56,803 nt of DNA from the NCBI GenBank assembly GCA_023140385.1, contig JAGLLT010000015.1:1-56803 (forward strand). Direction: 5' to 3'. Under the pieces are notes generated by a model. That model was not told where the DNA came from and did no database searches. It saw only the letters and a program-made list of their open reading frames with translations. A program made the position numbers and the translations under genes. Below, piece after piece: positions 55,541 to 56,803 of the stretch; positions within the stretch are counted from its first letter, which is position 1; each line of letters opens with the position of its first letter. This stretch comes from Candidatus Omnitrophota bacterium. GTDB taxonomy: Bacteria; Omnitrophota; Gorgyraeia; JAGLLT01.

Positions 55541-55740
55541 TGTAGGAGATGAAAGAAGAAACGCGTTTGAGGGTGGGTTGGTGGAATTGAGGTGTTTTTT
55601 AAGCACGCCCGAGCCCGAAAGTGTCTCAGGTTCTAAAGCGCAAGATTAGGGGCTTTCCCCAATAAAAAGACGGCGCTACCTGAGATAGGAACCCAAAAGG
55701 TAGTACGGTTTTGGGTTCGGACCCGGACGTGTTTTTTTTT
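55541..55740 (+). ncRNA. Candidate ~200-nt structured RNA of unknown class (stand-alone sRNA, possibly 6S-like rod, or a long leader of mutM)
   Basis: It lies between a strong promoter and a U9 tract (55732-55740). Nested helices: TCTCAGGT (55624-55631) with ACCTGAGA (55678-55685); GGGG-CTTT-CCCC (55649-55660); a perfect 10-bp hairpin GAACCCAAAA with TTTTGGGTTC (55689-55718). The 5' AAGAAGAAACGCG can pair with the 3' CGTGTTTTTTTTT if G-U pairs are allowed. There is no convincing ORF. Confidence 0.4.
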
Positions 55741-55761
55741 GCCTAAAACAGGCCTAAAAAG

Positions 55762-56577
55762 ATGCCCGAACTTCCCGAAGTAGAAAATATTTGCAGGTTT
55801 CTTAAAAAGAAAATAGTCAAGAAACAGATATCGTCTGTTTCAGTTCGATTAAATAAAGTAGTAAAGAACAGCAGTTATGCATTTATTAGGTACTTAAAAG
55901 ATAAAAGCGTCAGTGATGTTTTCAGAAGAGGTAAGTTTATTATAATCGGCCTCTCTGCTAAGTATTACCTTATCACCCACCTTAAAATATCAGGCCAACT
56001 CCTATATTTATCCAAAAAAGAACCGGTAGCCAAGCATACTCATGTAATTTTCAATTTTAAAAATACAGAATACCAATTGCGCTTTAAGGATGTAAGGCAG
56101 TTTGGGTATATGTATATAATAAAGAGTACTGAGTTAGAGGGTTTTTTAGCTTCAAAAATAGGCCCTGATTTTCCTGATTTGCGCTATAAAGACTTTAAAG
56201 CGATTATTAGTTCAAGAAAGAGGATAATAAAGAGTCTGCTTCTTGACCAAAAACTTTTTTCAGGCATTGGAAACATATATGCCAACGAAGCGCTTTTTAA
56301 AGCCGGCGTTCATCCGGCGGCCTCATCATCCAGCTTAACCCAAGAACAAATAAAGAAACTTTATTCAGCCATTAACTCTATTTTGAGTGAGGCTATCCGT
56401 ATGGGCGGTTCTTCGGTGGATGATTATATACTGCCGGATACCAGCTTAGGCAGTTTTCAGAATAAGCATAAGGTATATCAGAAAGAGGGCGGAAAGTGCC
56501 CGCGATGTTCCGCTATTATAGAGCGCGTTAAACAAAACGGAAGAAGCAGCTGGTTCTGTCCCCACTGCCAAAAATAG
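55762..56577 (+). CDS. mutM: Formamidopyrimidine-DNA glycosylase (Fpg/MutM)
   Basis: N-terminal MPELPEVE, H2TH region, and a C-terminal zinc finger CPRC...CPHCQ. Confidence 0.9.
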   Translation: MPELPEVENICRFLKKKIVKKQISSVSVRLNKVVKNSSYAFIRYLKDKSVSDVFRRGKFIIIGLSAKYYLITHLKISGQLLYLSKKEPVAKHTHVIFNFKNTEYQLRFKDVRQFGYMYIIKSTELEGFLASKIGPDFPDLRYKDFKAIISSRKRIIKSLLLDQKLFSGIGNIYANEALFKAGVHPAASSSSLTQEQIKKLYSAINSILSEAIRMGGSSVDDYILPDTSLGSFQNKHKVYQKEGGKCPRCSAIIERVKQNGRSSWFCPHCQK

Positions 56578-56616
56578 GGAAAGATGCCTGTTTTATAAGC
56601 GGAGAAAGATACGGCA

Positions 56617-56647
56617 GTCAAGCTGTTTTAGGAGCTTGACTTTTTTT
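56617..56647 (+). terminator. Rho-independent terminator after mutM
   Basis: GTCAAGCT (56617-56624), 8-nt loop, AGCTTGAC (56633-56640), then T7 (56641-56647). Confidence 0.75.
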
Positions 56648-56723
56648 CAGCCGTGGGTTAAAATCAAGGAGGTCTGGATGCTTAAAAGGCGGTTTCTTAG
56701 CTGTTAGAACTAAGGAGAAAGTT

Positions 56724-56803
56724 GTGAAGAGGAATATCGAGCCGGTAGATTTAAGTAGGATTAAAACCATATCCATTAAAAATAGACAGCATAAAGCCAA
56801 AGT
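56724..56803 (+). CDS. 5' end of an unidentified CDS running off the window (VKRNIEPVDLSRIKTISIKNRQHKAK...)
   Basis: GTG at 56724 with TAAGGAGA at 56711-56718. The frame is open to the window edge. Too short to assign a family. Confidence 0.4.
   Translation, partial: MKRNIEPVDLSRIKTISIKNRQHKAK

Noticed and set aside
55409-55606. A 65-aa minus-strand ORF in the DUF1015-mutM intergenic region
   Set aside because: It overlaps the 3' end of the DUF1015 gene and the candidate promoter and RNA. It has no RBS and a low-complexity translation, so an RNA element explains the region better.
55709-55726. GGGTTCGGACCC, resembling a tRNA or tmRNA T-arm
   Set aside because: No acceptor stem, anticodon arm or CCA-proximal pairing can be built around it. 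The loop is 6 nt and lacks the TTCGAAT/TTCAAAT consensus.
56618-56800. A 60-aa minus-strand ORF at the window end
   Set aside because: It overlaps the mutM terminator and an RBS-preceded + strand ORF start. It has no supporting signals.

Overview
The window is bacterial, fairly low in GC, almost entirely coding, and mostly on the + strand. It has three parts. (1) nt 1-6752: a 5'-truncated HD-GYP gene, then a tightly packed RiPP-like cassette. The cassette holds a PqqD-family protein, a radical SAM/SPASM enzyme, and a 53-aa Cys/Ser-containing ORF at 2410-2571 that is too short for the supplied ORF track. These are followed by an HprK-like kinase, an S26B/SipW-like peptidase, a PF14907-like nucleotidyltransferase and a convergent ABC-2 exporter pair. 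I consider this the best candidate for an undescribed system. It couples rSAM/SPASM chemistry with the kinase/nucleotidyltransferase tailoring pair otherwise known from lasso peptide clusters, and no lasso cyclase or B2 protease is present. (2) nt ~6850-43356: a ~36-kb surface-polysaccharide locus bracketed by two paralogous ExeA-like AAA ATPases. It contains a LysM/Wza-like exporter with a near-identical 408-nt internal duplication, a Wzz/BY-kinase, a Wzy/O-antigen-ligase-like protein and a Wzx flippase. It also carries a nucleotidyltransferase-kinase fusion, three paralogous atypical CDP-alcohol phosphatidyltransferase-like proteins and six SAM methyltransferases. Further genes encode GT4/GT9/GT-C transferases, a UbiA-type polyprenyl-phosphate phosphoribosyltransferase flanked by SDRs, AsnB, WbqC, a PIG-L deacetylase and a WecA/MraY-type initiating transferase. 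(3) nt 43466-56803: housekeeping genes, namely GIY-YIG, miaB, a TPR-SPOR protein, miaA, hflX, CIRCE-hrcA-grpE-dnaK-dnaJ, an FmdB zinc ribbon, VanZ, DUF1015 and mutM. This part also holds two copies of an unusual ~150-170-nt palindromic intergenic repeat and a ~200-nt promoter-to-U-tract structured RNA candidate. I saw no rRNA, tRNA, CRISPR array, transposase or integrase. All family assignments come from motif recognition by eye, not from database searches.
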